Position numbers and translations under genes: made by a program
NCBI GenBank assembly: GCA_963707985.1
Contig: CAVPRW010000037.1
Location: forward strand, 1-64,000
Direction: 5' to 3'
Length of the DNA: 64,000 nt
DNA from: an uncultured Nitrospinota bacterium
GTDB taxonomy: Bacteria > Tectomicrobia > Entotheonellia > J063 > CAVPRW01
In this document: in pieces, positions 1-9,436 of the stretch
Layout: the number at the start of each line of letters is the position of its first letter
Numbering within the stretch: the stretch's first letter is position 1
The notes under the pieces: generated by a model
The model's database searches: none
Seen by the model: only the letters and a program-made list of their open reading frames with translations
Told to the model about the DNA's origin: nothing

Positions 1-748
1 CCTGGCGGGTCTTGCCGAAGGCCGCCACCCCCATGTAGGCAGGATTCTTCAGCATGCCCCACACAGCACTCCGATCCCACACCGTCTTGCCGGTGCGCGT
101 CACTTCGCCGTCGTGCGTGAGCCGCCGACAGACCGCGCCGATGGTCCAGCGGTCGCGGCCGACCCAGTCAAACACTTGGCGGACCACTCGGGCTTCGTCC
201 GGGCCGATGTCGTAGCGGGCCTGGCCGCCGCCGGCGTGCTTGGAGACGTAGCGATACCCATAGGGCGCGCCGCTCAGCACATTGACCGCCCCCGCCCGGG
301 CCGCATGCCGCTTGCCACGCCGGTGGCGTTCGATGATCTTGGCGCGCTCGTACTCGGCCATCATGCCCTGGACCTGCAGCAGCAGCTCGTCTTCTGGGGT
401 TTGCCCCAGCTCCCGATTGAGAAACTTCACCTCGACGCCGGCCTGCTGGAATTCATCGCTCAGCAGCACCTGATAGGCATACTTGCGCGCCAGCCGATCG
501 GGCGAGTGGACATAGAGGCGCTCCACGGCCCCCACGGCCACCGCATCGCGCAGCCGCTCCAGCGCCGGACGCACCAGCGTCGCTCCACTGTATCCTTCAT
601 CAATGAACTGCAGCTCGTCGGACAGGTGCAGCCCATCCCGCGCGATGCATTCCCGCAGCGCGGCCACCTGGCTCTCGACGGTGTGCGCCTCGGCTTGTCG
701 TTCAGAAGAAACTCGTGCATACAAGGCTGGCTGCGTTCTCGTGATCAT
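1..748 (-). CDS. Large serine recombinase (resolvase + recombinase domain), 3' end runs off the window
   Basis: Manual translation from ATG 748: MITRTQPALYARVSSERQ...DEGYSGATLVRPALERL...SPDRLAR...AEYERAKIIER...APYGY...MLKNPAYMG. Catalytic YARVSS and DRLAR motifs present, AGGAGG RBS, frame open to position 1. Absent from the ORF track. Confidence 0.93.
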   Translation of the reverse strand, partial: MITRTQPALYARVSSERQAEAHTVESQVAALRECIARDGLHLSDELQFIDEGYSGATLVRPALERLRDAVAVGAVERLYVHSPDRLARKYAYQVLLSDEFQQAGVEVKFLNRELGQTPEDELLLQVQGMMAEYERAKIIERHRRGKRHAARAGAVNVLSGAPYGYRYVSKHAGGGQARYDIGPDEARVVRQVFDWVGRDRWTIGAVCRRLTHDGEVTRTGKTVWDRSAVWGMLKNPAYMGVAAFGKTRQ

Positions 749-897
749 GCGTGCGCCCCTCCTACATGTGGCGTGAGCCGCGCACGACCAGCACGGTCAT
801 TGTGCTGGGGTGCAGGGGCCACACGGCGCCTGATCGGCACGACCCGTTCATAGGCCTGTGGGATGCAGGCGGGTGCGACGTGGCTCGGTTCAAACAT
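745..897 (-). CDS. Small ORF (~50 aa, possibly longer upstream) translationally coupled to the recombinase
   Basis: MFEPSHVAPACIPQAYERVVPIRRR...GGAHA*. Its TGA overlaps the recombinase ATG (ATGA). Confidence 0.5.
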   Translation of the reverse strand: MFEPSHVAPACIPQAYERVVPIRRRVAPAPQHNDRAGRARLTPHVGGAHA

Positions 898-1104
898 GAC
901 GCTGACCTCCAGCGCCTGGGTCGCTTGCGGTTCTCGACGTGCCCTGACGGCCTCCTCGCTCCCGCTCCGTGCGGATGTCGTCAGGCTTCACCATCTGGAG
1001 CGGTGCGCCCAAAAACCCGGCCCCATAGCCGGGTCGAAGCGGTTCACGCGGGATGCTTGTCGAAAACTCTACGACATTTTTTGCAACATTGTAGGAAGTA
1101 TACG

Positions 1105-2453
1105 CTCGCCCCCCTGTGGACTGCCGCGCTCCGGGTCGCTCCGGGTTGCCCCCTCTCGCACCCCGGCCCGCCGCCACTTTCGGATCAATCGCAGGATCGC
1201 CCCATCGGTGACCCGTGGCCTGAGCCCCTCGCACCACCGGTCATGATCCAGGCTATCGAAGCCTGCACTCACGTCTGCGTCAACAATCCAGCCCATGGGC
1301 TCCTGCCTGCCCCGCTCGCGCCACACCTGCCGGGCCTGATGCGGGCTGCGGCCCTCCCGGAAGCCGTACGAGCAGTCGTGAACGTCTGGCGCCTCGATCT
1401 TGCCGCCTCGCCACGGCCCGCGGCACCCCCGTGTCCTCGACCGCCGGCAGCCCCATCCGTCGCTGACGGCCGTCCTCCTTCGGCCCCTAGGCGCGCGTGA
1501 CGGGCGGCGCAGCGTACCGCCCACGGTCTAGCCGCGCGTGCACGTCGGCCAGGTTGGCCTCAAGGGCCGCAGCGTACGCCTCCGCTGTGACCCCGTCCAC
1601 TCCCGGCGCGCCATCGCGGCGCCTCTGGTGAGCGGCTTCCCGCAGCCGTGCCACGTCGATCAGGTGGGCCCGCGTCCAGCACGGCCTGGCGGGGTGCTGA
1701 CGTGCCTGCTCGGCCATCCGTTGAAGTCGCGTGGAGACCGGTGGGGCGCTCCAGGTCTCGCCGGTCGTGCCCGCCCACCGACGTTCGGCCCGGTGTCGCC
1801 TGCCCTCCCGTGGGTCCCGTGGGCCGTGGTTCCCCCCCGTCCCGGTCTGCGTTTGGCTGGCAGACCCTCGGGACGAGGCTCCACGACGACTGCCAGCCGC
1901 CCCTCGCGCCCCGCTTCACGTGGCGCTGGCGGGGCGAGTCCCTGGCCTGCTGCCCCCCTGTGGGTCCCGTCGCCGGCTCGCGGACGGCGGGAAGCCGCCT
2001 GTCCGCGCCAGGGCGCTTGGTCACCCGGGAGCCCTCCTCTTCCGGGCAATCGTGTCCAGGCGACGACTGGCGCTCCCACGTGCCCGAGTGCCCCCTGTGA
2101 TGACCTGCCCCGCGCTCAGACCCCGGTGGTGTCCTGGTGGCTTCGCCGTGGCGCCCCCAGGACTGCGGCCTTCCGGCCACTGCACACCGTCGGCGTTCCC
2201 CTCCCTCCCGCAGAGGGATCTCCTCACGGACCACCACTCTACCAATTTCGGAGCTCCCTCACGCGGCCTGTCACCGGGCTCCCCCTCGCTCCGCGCCGCC
2301 ATGGCTGGTGGCGCACGGAGGGTTCGCTCCTGACGGGCTGGCGAGGCGTTCGTCAGGTGGGACTGGCACCTGCGGTGCGCACCCACCGGGTCACAATAAC
2401 CAGTTTCATGCCTGTTCATCCCATCCCAAGGTTTCGGGCTTCCCTTGGCGCGA
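1105..2453 (-). mobile_element. Group II intron (class E-like), 5' part only, with degenerate RT truncated at GSPQGG
   Basis: RT fragments AHLIDVARLREAA..DGAPGVDGVT..ANLADVHARL, SYGFREGRSPHQA, WIVDADVSAGFDSLDH, LIRKWRRAGV..GSPQGG, with about 700 nt of non-coding leader. 5' end approximate (TCGCGCCAAGG). Confidence 0.8.
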
Positions 2454-2470
2454 GCAGTGAATGGTTCGGC
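2454..2470 (-). other. Left part of attC site (R'' GCCGAAC plus start of L''), interrupted by the intron
   Basis: GCCGAAC-CATTCA-CTGC lies 58 nt after the stop of the cassette gene. It is exactly complementary to the GTTCGGC at the start of the same cassette. Confidence 0.65.
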
Positions 2471-2528
2471 CAAAAACAGCGCGTATCATCCTCTGATTCT
2501 GGCTATCACAAGACTTCTTCAGCCTTCG

Positions 2529-3930
2529 TTAGGACCCTCGAGCAGTCTGCCACGCAATGTCAAAGTCGCTGGGGCGAATCGCATTCGGAAATCCGGGGAT
2601 ACCACCGGGAAAACTCGCGAGTTCTTCATCGCTGATGATAACCGCCCACTTTCCCGGCTTTAATGGTGTATTCTCCAGAGCGCCAGCGGTCACAAACCGG
2701 ACCTGAGACAGGCCACACATCATGGGAACATCATCGTCCAGCTTTCGATACACCTCATCTGCGGGCATACCATCGTAAGCTGGCTTGCGCAGCTCGGTGA
2801 CTAACGCCCGGAGCTGATGCGGATGCATATTAGGGGGCAAAGTGTCGAACTCAGTTGGTGCGAACACAAGAGGTACGGGGCTCTGCGCCGAAGGATCAGC
2901 CGCATCAACGCAATGTGGCCCTGTCTTATCCCCCCAGAAAACGAACTGCTTGCGAACCGAGAGTACATTTCGTCCTTGCACCTCGATCGTGACCTTGTAC
3001 TTTCCTGATCGAAGGACCGCATCATGCGCCAGTCGCCACCGCTCACTGCCCTGAAACAGGAAGGGATGATCTTTGACGCATTCCCCATAGCACAGAGTAT
3101 GACCACCCCTGCGGTCACAATATACTCGCACGAAATCAAAAAGTAACGAATCCGATGCGGCGAGATTGCGACGCGTTTCTGGTGGATTGGACGGCATCTG
3201 CCCACTACCCGTGATTGCCAAGAGGGGCCTTGCAATCTGGAGCCGCTCGTGGTCGTCACTGCCATCGACGCGAACAAGACTGACCGTTCGTATGCACACA
3301 TCGTCTATCGTTCGATGGCCATCGTTATTCCGCACCTCTAGCCTAAACAGAGCCATACTGCCATCAGGATGTGGTTCGGCCTGCAAGGCTCCTAACGACA
3401 GTGCATGTTGAAACTTGCGAGCATCTTCCGATTGGCCTTCCAGCACCTTCTCAATTTCTGCGGACATTCCCATCCGAGCGATGTCGTCTGGGGATGCGAT
3501 GGCGGTTGTTGTGCCTTGGCGATAGTAGACGACGTGCTTTTGGAGCCTCCCGAAATTTCTAATTAGGTAGAGGGGTCTATCCTGCTGTGGGATCGTGATG
3601 ACACCTATCTGCTTGCCCTCGAATGGGTAAAGATCGGTACGAGAACGTGACCGGGCGATTGGTCTTCGAGTTCACGAATTGCTGGAGGTCATTTTCCGGG
3701 ATGTGGTGGCTTACGCCGACGACCGTGCTCCGCCCACCCGCGACCTCCTCGACGCCGATGAGGATGTATACCTCTGCGTGTCGCCAGCCGTTAGCGAATG
3801 CGAGGATGTCCTTTAGTAGCTCCCCTTTTTCGTCGTCCGTGACACCGGCGAACGGGTACCGGTCGCGCTTGTAGTCCAAGCTGGAGCTTTCCCCTTCACG
3901 CAACAACTGCTCCATCAAGCCATCGTTCAC
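2529..3930 (-). CDS. Schlafen/AlbA_2-domain protein fused to an unknown C-terminal domain (~466 aa), one +1 frameshift near 3630
   Basis: GTG start with GGAAGGAGG RBS; EGESSSLDYK..ELLKDILAFAN..YILIGVEE..VVGV. Removing one T at TCTTTAC joins it in frame to ..FEGKQIGVITIP..VYYRQGTTT..MGMSAEIEK (ORF 2529-3473). Confidence 0.8.
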
Positions 3931-4068
3931 CCCGAGCCTCCTTCCGACACCGTCTAGTCTTGATCTTGAAGCCGAATCGGGATAGGGGAGAGCCTCGCGG
4001 CTCCCGCCCTCCCACACCACCGGACGTACGGGTCACGTATCCGGCGGTTCGGCGGATTCAGTGGGTGG

Positions 4069-4739
4069 TCAGTCCTCACTCAGGCGCGGCAGGCCGAGCG
4101 CGGCGAAGTAGCGCGGCGGCAGCGCCATCGTCAACGCGGGGCTCTGACGCAGACGCCACGGGCCATGAGCCGACTTGACCGTGTTCCAGGCCAACTGCCG
4201 GCCCACGCCGCGCTTCCGCAGCTCCCAGTACCGCTTCCGGCCCCATGGCTTCCAGTGGTCGCTCCGGAGCCGCCGTCGGATCCACGGGTCCAGCTCGCGC
4301 AGTGGTGAGCGCCCCTCGGCGAAGCCGAAGCACGCTCGCCACCCCAGCCTCAACTGGCGGAGTTCCTGCACGATCTGCCGCATGGTCCGACCTCGTGTGC
4401 GGCCCGGAAGCTCGCGCACCTGCGCTTTGAACGCCTGCAGGGCCTTCTCGCTCACTGTTCGCCGGTTGGACTGGCGCGTCGTGCACGTGAAGCCGAGGCA
4501 CGTGCGGGTCCACGGCCGGTCGACCGCGCTCTTGGCCGCGTTGACCTTCAGCCGAAGCGTGCGCTCCAGAACACGCCTCACACGCGCCATCACTCGTTCC
4601 CCCGCCTGCCGGCTGCGCACATCAAGGTTCGCATCGTCAGCGTCGCGGGCGAACCGGTGCCCTCGTTGCTCCAGCTCCTTATCGAGCTCGTCCCGCAGCA
4701 GATTCGCCAGGAGGGGCGCGCGCGGCCCCCCTTGCGGGG
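4069..4739 (-). pseudogene. ltrA: Intron RT/maturase, C-terminal half
   Basis: PQGGPRAPLLAN..ELDKELEQRGHRFARDADD (YADD degraded)..LKVNAAKSAVDRPW..WIRRRLR..GPWRL. Confidence 0.9.
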
Positions 4740-6269
4740 CATACGCATGAAGCGAAGGAGGTAACCACTGCCATGATCGAGCAACATAGCAGTCTCCCCG
4801 CGGTGTGAAGATGAGTGGCCTGACTCGTCCCAACACCATCCGAAGGAGACTTCTATGCCAGCTGATACATGCAGTGCGGTAGCCATGTTAACAGACTTTT
4901 TTGCTACCGACGACATCGAAGCCACGGCACGTCGCACCGGCTTTGTCCAACGCACGTCGAAGACTGACGGGCACACTCTTTCTGGCCCTGATGACCTTTG
5001 GGGCCTGGAGTGAGGCCAAGACGACCTTGGCCCAACTGGCGGCGAAGGTCACCCAATTGCGCCAGCCGGTGGACGTCTCGCCTGAAGCCATTCATCAGCG
5101 CCTCAACAAAAAAGCCATGGCCTTTCTGCAGGACATGATCCGCCAGACCCTGGCAACACTCCACTCCCTCGACCCTGTGTGCGATGATGGCCTTTTTCCC
5201 GCCTTTACCAACGTCTACATCGCTGACAGTACTGGATTTGAACTTCCTGACAGAGCTGCACAAGACGTTTCCCGGCGCTGGAGGGAGTGCGGCCAAAGCA
5301 GGCGCCAAGATTCAAGCGGTATGGGACTATAAAAGTAGTCTATGGGGTCATGTTGCGCTGACGCCATGGCACATTCCAGATCAGCGCTCTAGCGATCACG
5401 GTCGTGGCCTTGGCACAAAAAGGGGCACTGTTCCTCTTTGATTGAGGCTATTTCAAGGTCAAAGCCGTGGCCAGCATGGCGACGGCTGGCGCGTATTGTC
5501 TGCGGTCGCCTCAAGCATCAGACCAACATCTCTGAAACGGCCACAGGTCGTTTGGGTCCTATAAAGCTGGCGGAGTGGCTCACGACAGTCGAGCCTGATC
5601 TCCCGCTCCTCGAGACGCTCTATGTCCATTGGGGCCACAGAACGTGTCGCGGCTCGTCTCATGGCCGTGCGTATGCCCGAGGCGATTGTCAAGGAACGCC
5701 GAAGAGTGGCCCGGAAGAACGCGCAGACAAAGGGCTACACACCTTCGCCAAGCCCACCTGACGCTGATGGCCTGGAACCTCTGTATGACCAACGTGCCGC
5801 CCACCAGATGGCGGACGGCGACCAGTCGTGCACGTGTACCCTCTGCGCTGGCCAATCGAACGCATGTTTAAGTCCTGGAAGAGCTCTCTCCATCTCGCCT
5901 CTCTCACAACCCAAAAAGAAGATTCCACCTGATGTTATCTGTATGGGCGCATGCTCCTCATGTTGTTGAATGATGCGCTGTGTCCACAGAGACGGGCGAC
6001 GCTGTGGTGGAAGCACCAACGTGAACTGAGTCTGCTGAAACTCGTGCGGCATTTCCAAGCGTTGGCGGCGAGGGGGATGCAGGCTATCTTTCAGTCCGAA
6101 CTCGAGCTGCACCGCTTTCTGCAACGGGCTTGTGCCACCGCCGAACGTCTGGTCGCCAAGGCCTCGAGAAAAAGACAGACAACCGCGCCAAGACTGCAAG
6201 AAGATTTACGTCAACCACTGGAATCCATCGTGTTTGCGGTCGCTGTCAATGCTTAGCTTCATGCCTATG
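4740..6269 (+). mobile_element. IS4-family element, frameshifted transposase (~4855-6256)
   Basis: Terminal IRs CATACGCATGAAGCGAAG / CTTAGCTTCATGCCTATG. Fragments IADSTGFELP, AGAKIQAVWDYK, degenerate RWQIE-FKSWKS, ELSLLKL. Confidence 0.88.
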
Positions 6270-7628
6270 GCCTGCATACGCTTGTTCCCCAGCTGCCTCG
6301 GCGACTGTCCCCCGGCTCCTCATGCGGCCTCCGGCAGGGCCAGATCCAGTTTACAGGCCGCGTCGTCCAACGCTGGTACCGTAGGCCACGGTTCCGGCAG
6401 AAAGCGGCCCTGCGGCAAGGGCTCATGACGCAGCAGCGCCACCACCACCTCGACCCATCCCTGGCGAAACACGCTCACCAACCGCAGGCGGGTCGCCCGC
6501 CGTGTCCGCGGGCGGCCCGGGCACAGCGCGGTCACGTCGAGCAGCGTGCTGGCGGGAATCGTCTCGTCCACAGCCTCTCCCACACTCAACAGCCACCACG
6601 TGGCCACGGCTACGGCCAACCAGAGCCGTGCTGCCCGGTCAGGAGCGCTCATACGGGTGCGGTGCCACTGCCAGCCCGCGCGTTTGGTGATCTTCAAGCC
6701 CTGTTCGATCCAGGCGCGCAGCCCATACCAGCCAGCATCACTAGTCGCCGGCGGCAGATCGGTCAGGATCAGCCATGGATCTTTGTAGCCCTCCTCCCAG
6801 CGGGCCAGCAAGGTGCAGTCCAGCTGGTGACGTGTCAAAGGCGAGGCCTACACCGCGCCAACTGGGGCCTGGGCGCGGGACAAAGGTTGGCAAGGGCCGC
6901 CAGCAGGCGGCTCCGGCTGGCCGAAAGCTGCCGCCCGTGTTGATGCGCAAAAACGGATGCCAGCCCAGCCGCGTGATGCGCCGGAACAACCACGGGGCAT
7001 ACAAGCCGCGATCGGCCAGCACGATCACCGTCCAGCCGCGGGGGATAGCCGGCCGCAGCAGGCGTAGCAGGCGCAGCCATTCACGGCGCCAGGCGTGCTT
7101 GGCGTTCGCGGGCAAGATGACCCAGGCTACGGGGATGGCACAGCCGCGATAGACGACGCTGACCGCCAGCCCCACAAAGCGCTGCCCCAAGGTCGTTGCG
7201 TCAATGGCCAACGCCAGTTGCGTGCCCTGCCACCAGCTCACCACCCAGCCCAACAGGGGGGCAAAGCAGGTCTCGACACGCAGCGATTGGCGCTTGTCGC
7301 CCCGTTTACGCTGGGTGTCATAGTACCATTCGCGTAGCCGCTGTCGTACTGTTTGCTCTTGGCGCTGCATCCCCTTGGCCAGCCAGTGGCTGACTGCGGT
7401 CAAGGCACACGAGCGGGCCAGTACCATGCCAAAGCTCCACAGGGCCAACACCGTGGCCTGAGGCTTGCTCAAATGGGACAGATGCTGCATGATCGTCGTC
7501 AGCCATTGGTCGAAACCGGCCTGGCACAACATGGCTTCCCTCCTCTCGGTTGTGGGTTCTGGCACTTCCCACAGTATGCCGCAAGGAGGGAAGCTATGTC
7601 ACTTTGTCAAAAAACCTCCCCTTGTGAG
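6270..7628 (-). mobile_element. IS element (DDE_Tnp_1, IS4-like), transposase 6320-~7531 with a frameshift near 6840; distal IR missing
   Basis: LALAIDATTLG, VIVLADRGLY, PWLILTDL, WYGLRAWIEQGLKITKRAGWQW. Left end CTCACAAGGGGAGGTTTT. Confidence 0.82.
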
Positions 7629-8210
7629 GCGGGGTCCCCTCCGCCGTAGGCTCCACACGCCCCTCCCGAGTCAGCACACCAGCCTTCAGGAAGCGGTGGA
7701 TCAAGGTCAGCACCCGCCGGTCCTGCACCCGTCGGCGCACCCGGCTCAGCCACACGTCGTGGGTGACCCGGTCGAAAAACTTTTCCAGGTCGATGTCCAC
7801 CACCCATGTGTCGCTTGCCCGGATGTATGCCTGCGCCTGCTCCACCGCCTGGTGGGCGCTGCGCTGCGGGCGAACGCCGTCGCTGCGCTCGGAGAACGTC
7901 GGGTCCCAGTCCTCTTGGAGGACCTGTAACAGGGCGTGCTCGATGAACCGGTCGAGCACGGTCGGGATACCCAAGTTGCGGGTCCCGCCTCCCGGCTTCG
8001 GGATCTCCGTCCGCCGCACGGGCTGGGGGACGGAGGTGCCCTCTACCAGGGCGGCCCGGATCGTCGGCCCGTGGGCCTGCAGGTAGGCCCCCAGGTCGTC
8101 TACGGTCATCCCGTCAATCCCTGGGGCACCCTGGTGGCGTCTGACCTGCTGGAGCGCGCGCCGGAGGTTTTGGGGCTCCAGTACCCGTTCCCGGAGGTCC
8201 GTCTCGTCCA
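7629..8210 (-). pseudogene. ltrA: Intron RT, N-terminal half
   Basis: NLRRALQQVRRHQGAPGIDGMTV..PVRRTEIPKPGGGTRNLGIPTVLDR..VVDIDLEKFFDRV..LKAGV..EGTP. Confidence 0.9.
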
Positions 8211-8886
8211 CCGGAGCGTCTTCTCCTCGTATCCCAGTGCCGGCTTCACCCCCCGGGTCGCCCAGGGGCCGCTCAAGCGGCCTCACGGATGCCTTGCCCT
8301 CGCTCGACACGAGACGACGCCTCCTGCTCCTGCACGCCCCTCTCGGGGCACCGTTCGGGCCGTTAGCTCGTCCGCGTGACGGCTTCGCCTCTCGGTTGCC
8401 CCGCCTGTCGGCCTTGGGGTGCCTCACGAGCGTTGCCTGCGTCGGGCCTCCTCGGCCCGCTGCTGACTTCTGCCTGGCGGTCAGCGGAGATCTCTCCCCT
8501 CTGAGTCCCTCTCATGGCGGCAGGATGAGGTGTGGTTTCTCTGTTGCCGCCTGGTGTCCCGGCGGTGCCACCCGATTTCATCCATACCTGCGACGTGGAC
8601 GCCATCCAGATCTCCCAGGGTCAGACACAGCACGTTCCGCGCGTAGACGCCGGCTGTATCCAGCACACCCCCTGCGGATGGAGGACTTCGCCGTCACGTG
8701 CCCGCTCGTCCCGGGTGGTCCCACACCTCGTCTCCGGTTCCTGTGCGTCGCCCCGCGCGTGTGGATTGGGCTTCCTCCAGACCCCACCTCACGGTAGACG
8801 CCCTGGCCCTGCTCCTCGCCTTCGGCTCCGCGCATACCTGGCACGCGGACTTGCACCTCGCTCGTGCTGTGCCATGCCTGGCACAC

Positions 8887-8939
8887 ACGCTCGGTTTCAG
8901 CCGCCGCTGGAAGCGGTCGGCTGCATACCGTTGTTACGC
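8887..8939 (-). other. attC recombination site (completed by TCGGC at 3971-3975 once the intron is removed)
   Basis: Reconstructed: GCGTAAC AACGGTATGCAGCCGACCGC TTCCA GCGGCGGCTGAAACCGAGC GTTCGGC. It has R''/L''/L'/R' layout, an imperfect hairpin with extrahelical bases, and starts 6 nt after a stop codon. Confidence 0.85.
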
Positions 8940-8945
8940 CGCTCC

Positions 8946-9436
8946 TCATGCAAGCGACGACCCGTTGCACACCAGCACGATCTTGCCAGTCACGCCTCCC
9001 GTCCCGAGCCACTCCTGCGCGTGTCTGGCCTCGGCAAGCGGACATCGCTGCGCGATGAGCGGCTTGATCTGCTGCTGTTGCAGGAGGTCCAACAGGGCGA
9101 TCAAATCCTGTCGAAACCATGCCGGTCTCAGCCGTTTGAGCCACTGGATGCTGTAGGGGACCACCCGTTTCCGGCCACGGAGAAGCCAGCCGCCAGCGAT
9201 GTACAACCCGAAGATGGCGATGCCACGAAAGCGATGACGACGACCTGGACGACCGGAAGCCAATCGCCCCCCCGGAGCGAGGACGTCAGGCCAGAGGCCA
9301 CGACCCTCCCGCCAGGACGGAGAGCCTGGCGGGAACGCCAGATGTGGGTCCCACCGATGCCGTCAAAAACGACGTCCACGCCCGCGCGCGTGAGGCGGTG
9401 AATTTCTTCCACGAAGTCAAGCTGCCGGTAATCAAT
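8946..9436 (-). pseudogene. MDR / zinc-binding dehydrogenase-family oxidoreductase, 5'-truncated and frameshifted (cassette gene)
   Basis: IDYRQLDFVEEI..GVDVVFDGIGG..LRPGGRVV..IKPLIAQRCPLAEARHAQEWLGTGGVTGKIVL. Confidence 0.8.

Larger units (their letters stand above)
3976..8886 (-). mobile_element. Group IIC intron with both ends present; RT split by two IS elements
   Basis: 5' end GTGTGCCAGGCATGG at 8886. DV/DVI GAACCGCCGGATACGTGACCCGTACGTCCGGTGGTGTGGGAGGG...CCTATCCCGAT ends at 3976, with the CGC triad typical of class C. Confidence 0.92.

Noticed and set aside
113..853. 246-aa plus-strand ORF
   Set aside because: Antisense shadow of the serine recombinase.
1538..2635. Several long Pro/Arg-rich ORFs
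   Set aside because: They overlay GC-rich intron RNA domains and have no protein motifs.
7575..7592. GTATGCCGCAAGGAGGG inside the IS end resembles the PQG junction sequence at ~4726-4745 on the other strand
   Set aside because: Short and imperfect; cannot be distinguished from chance.
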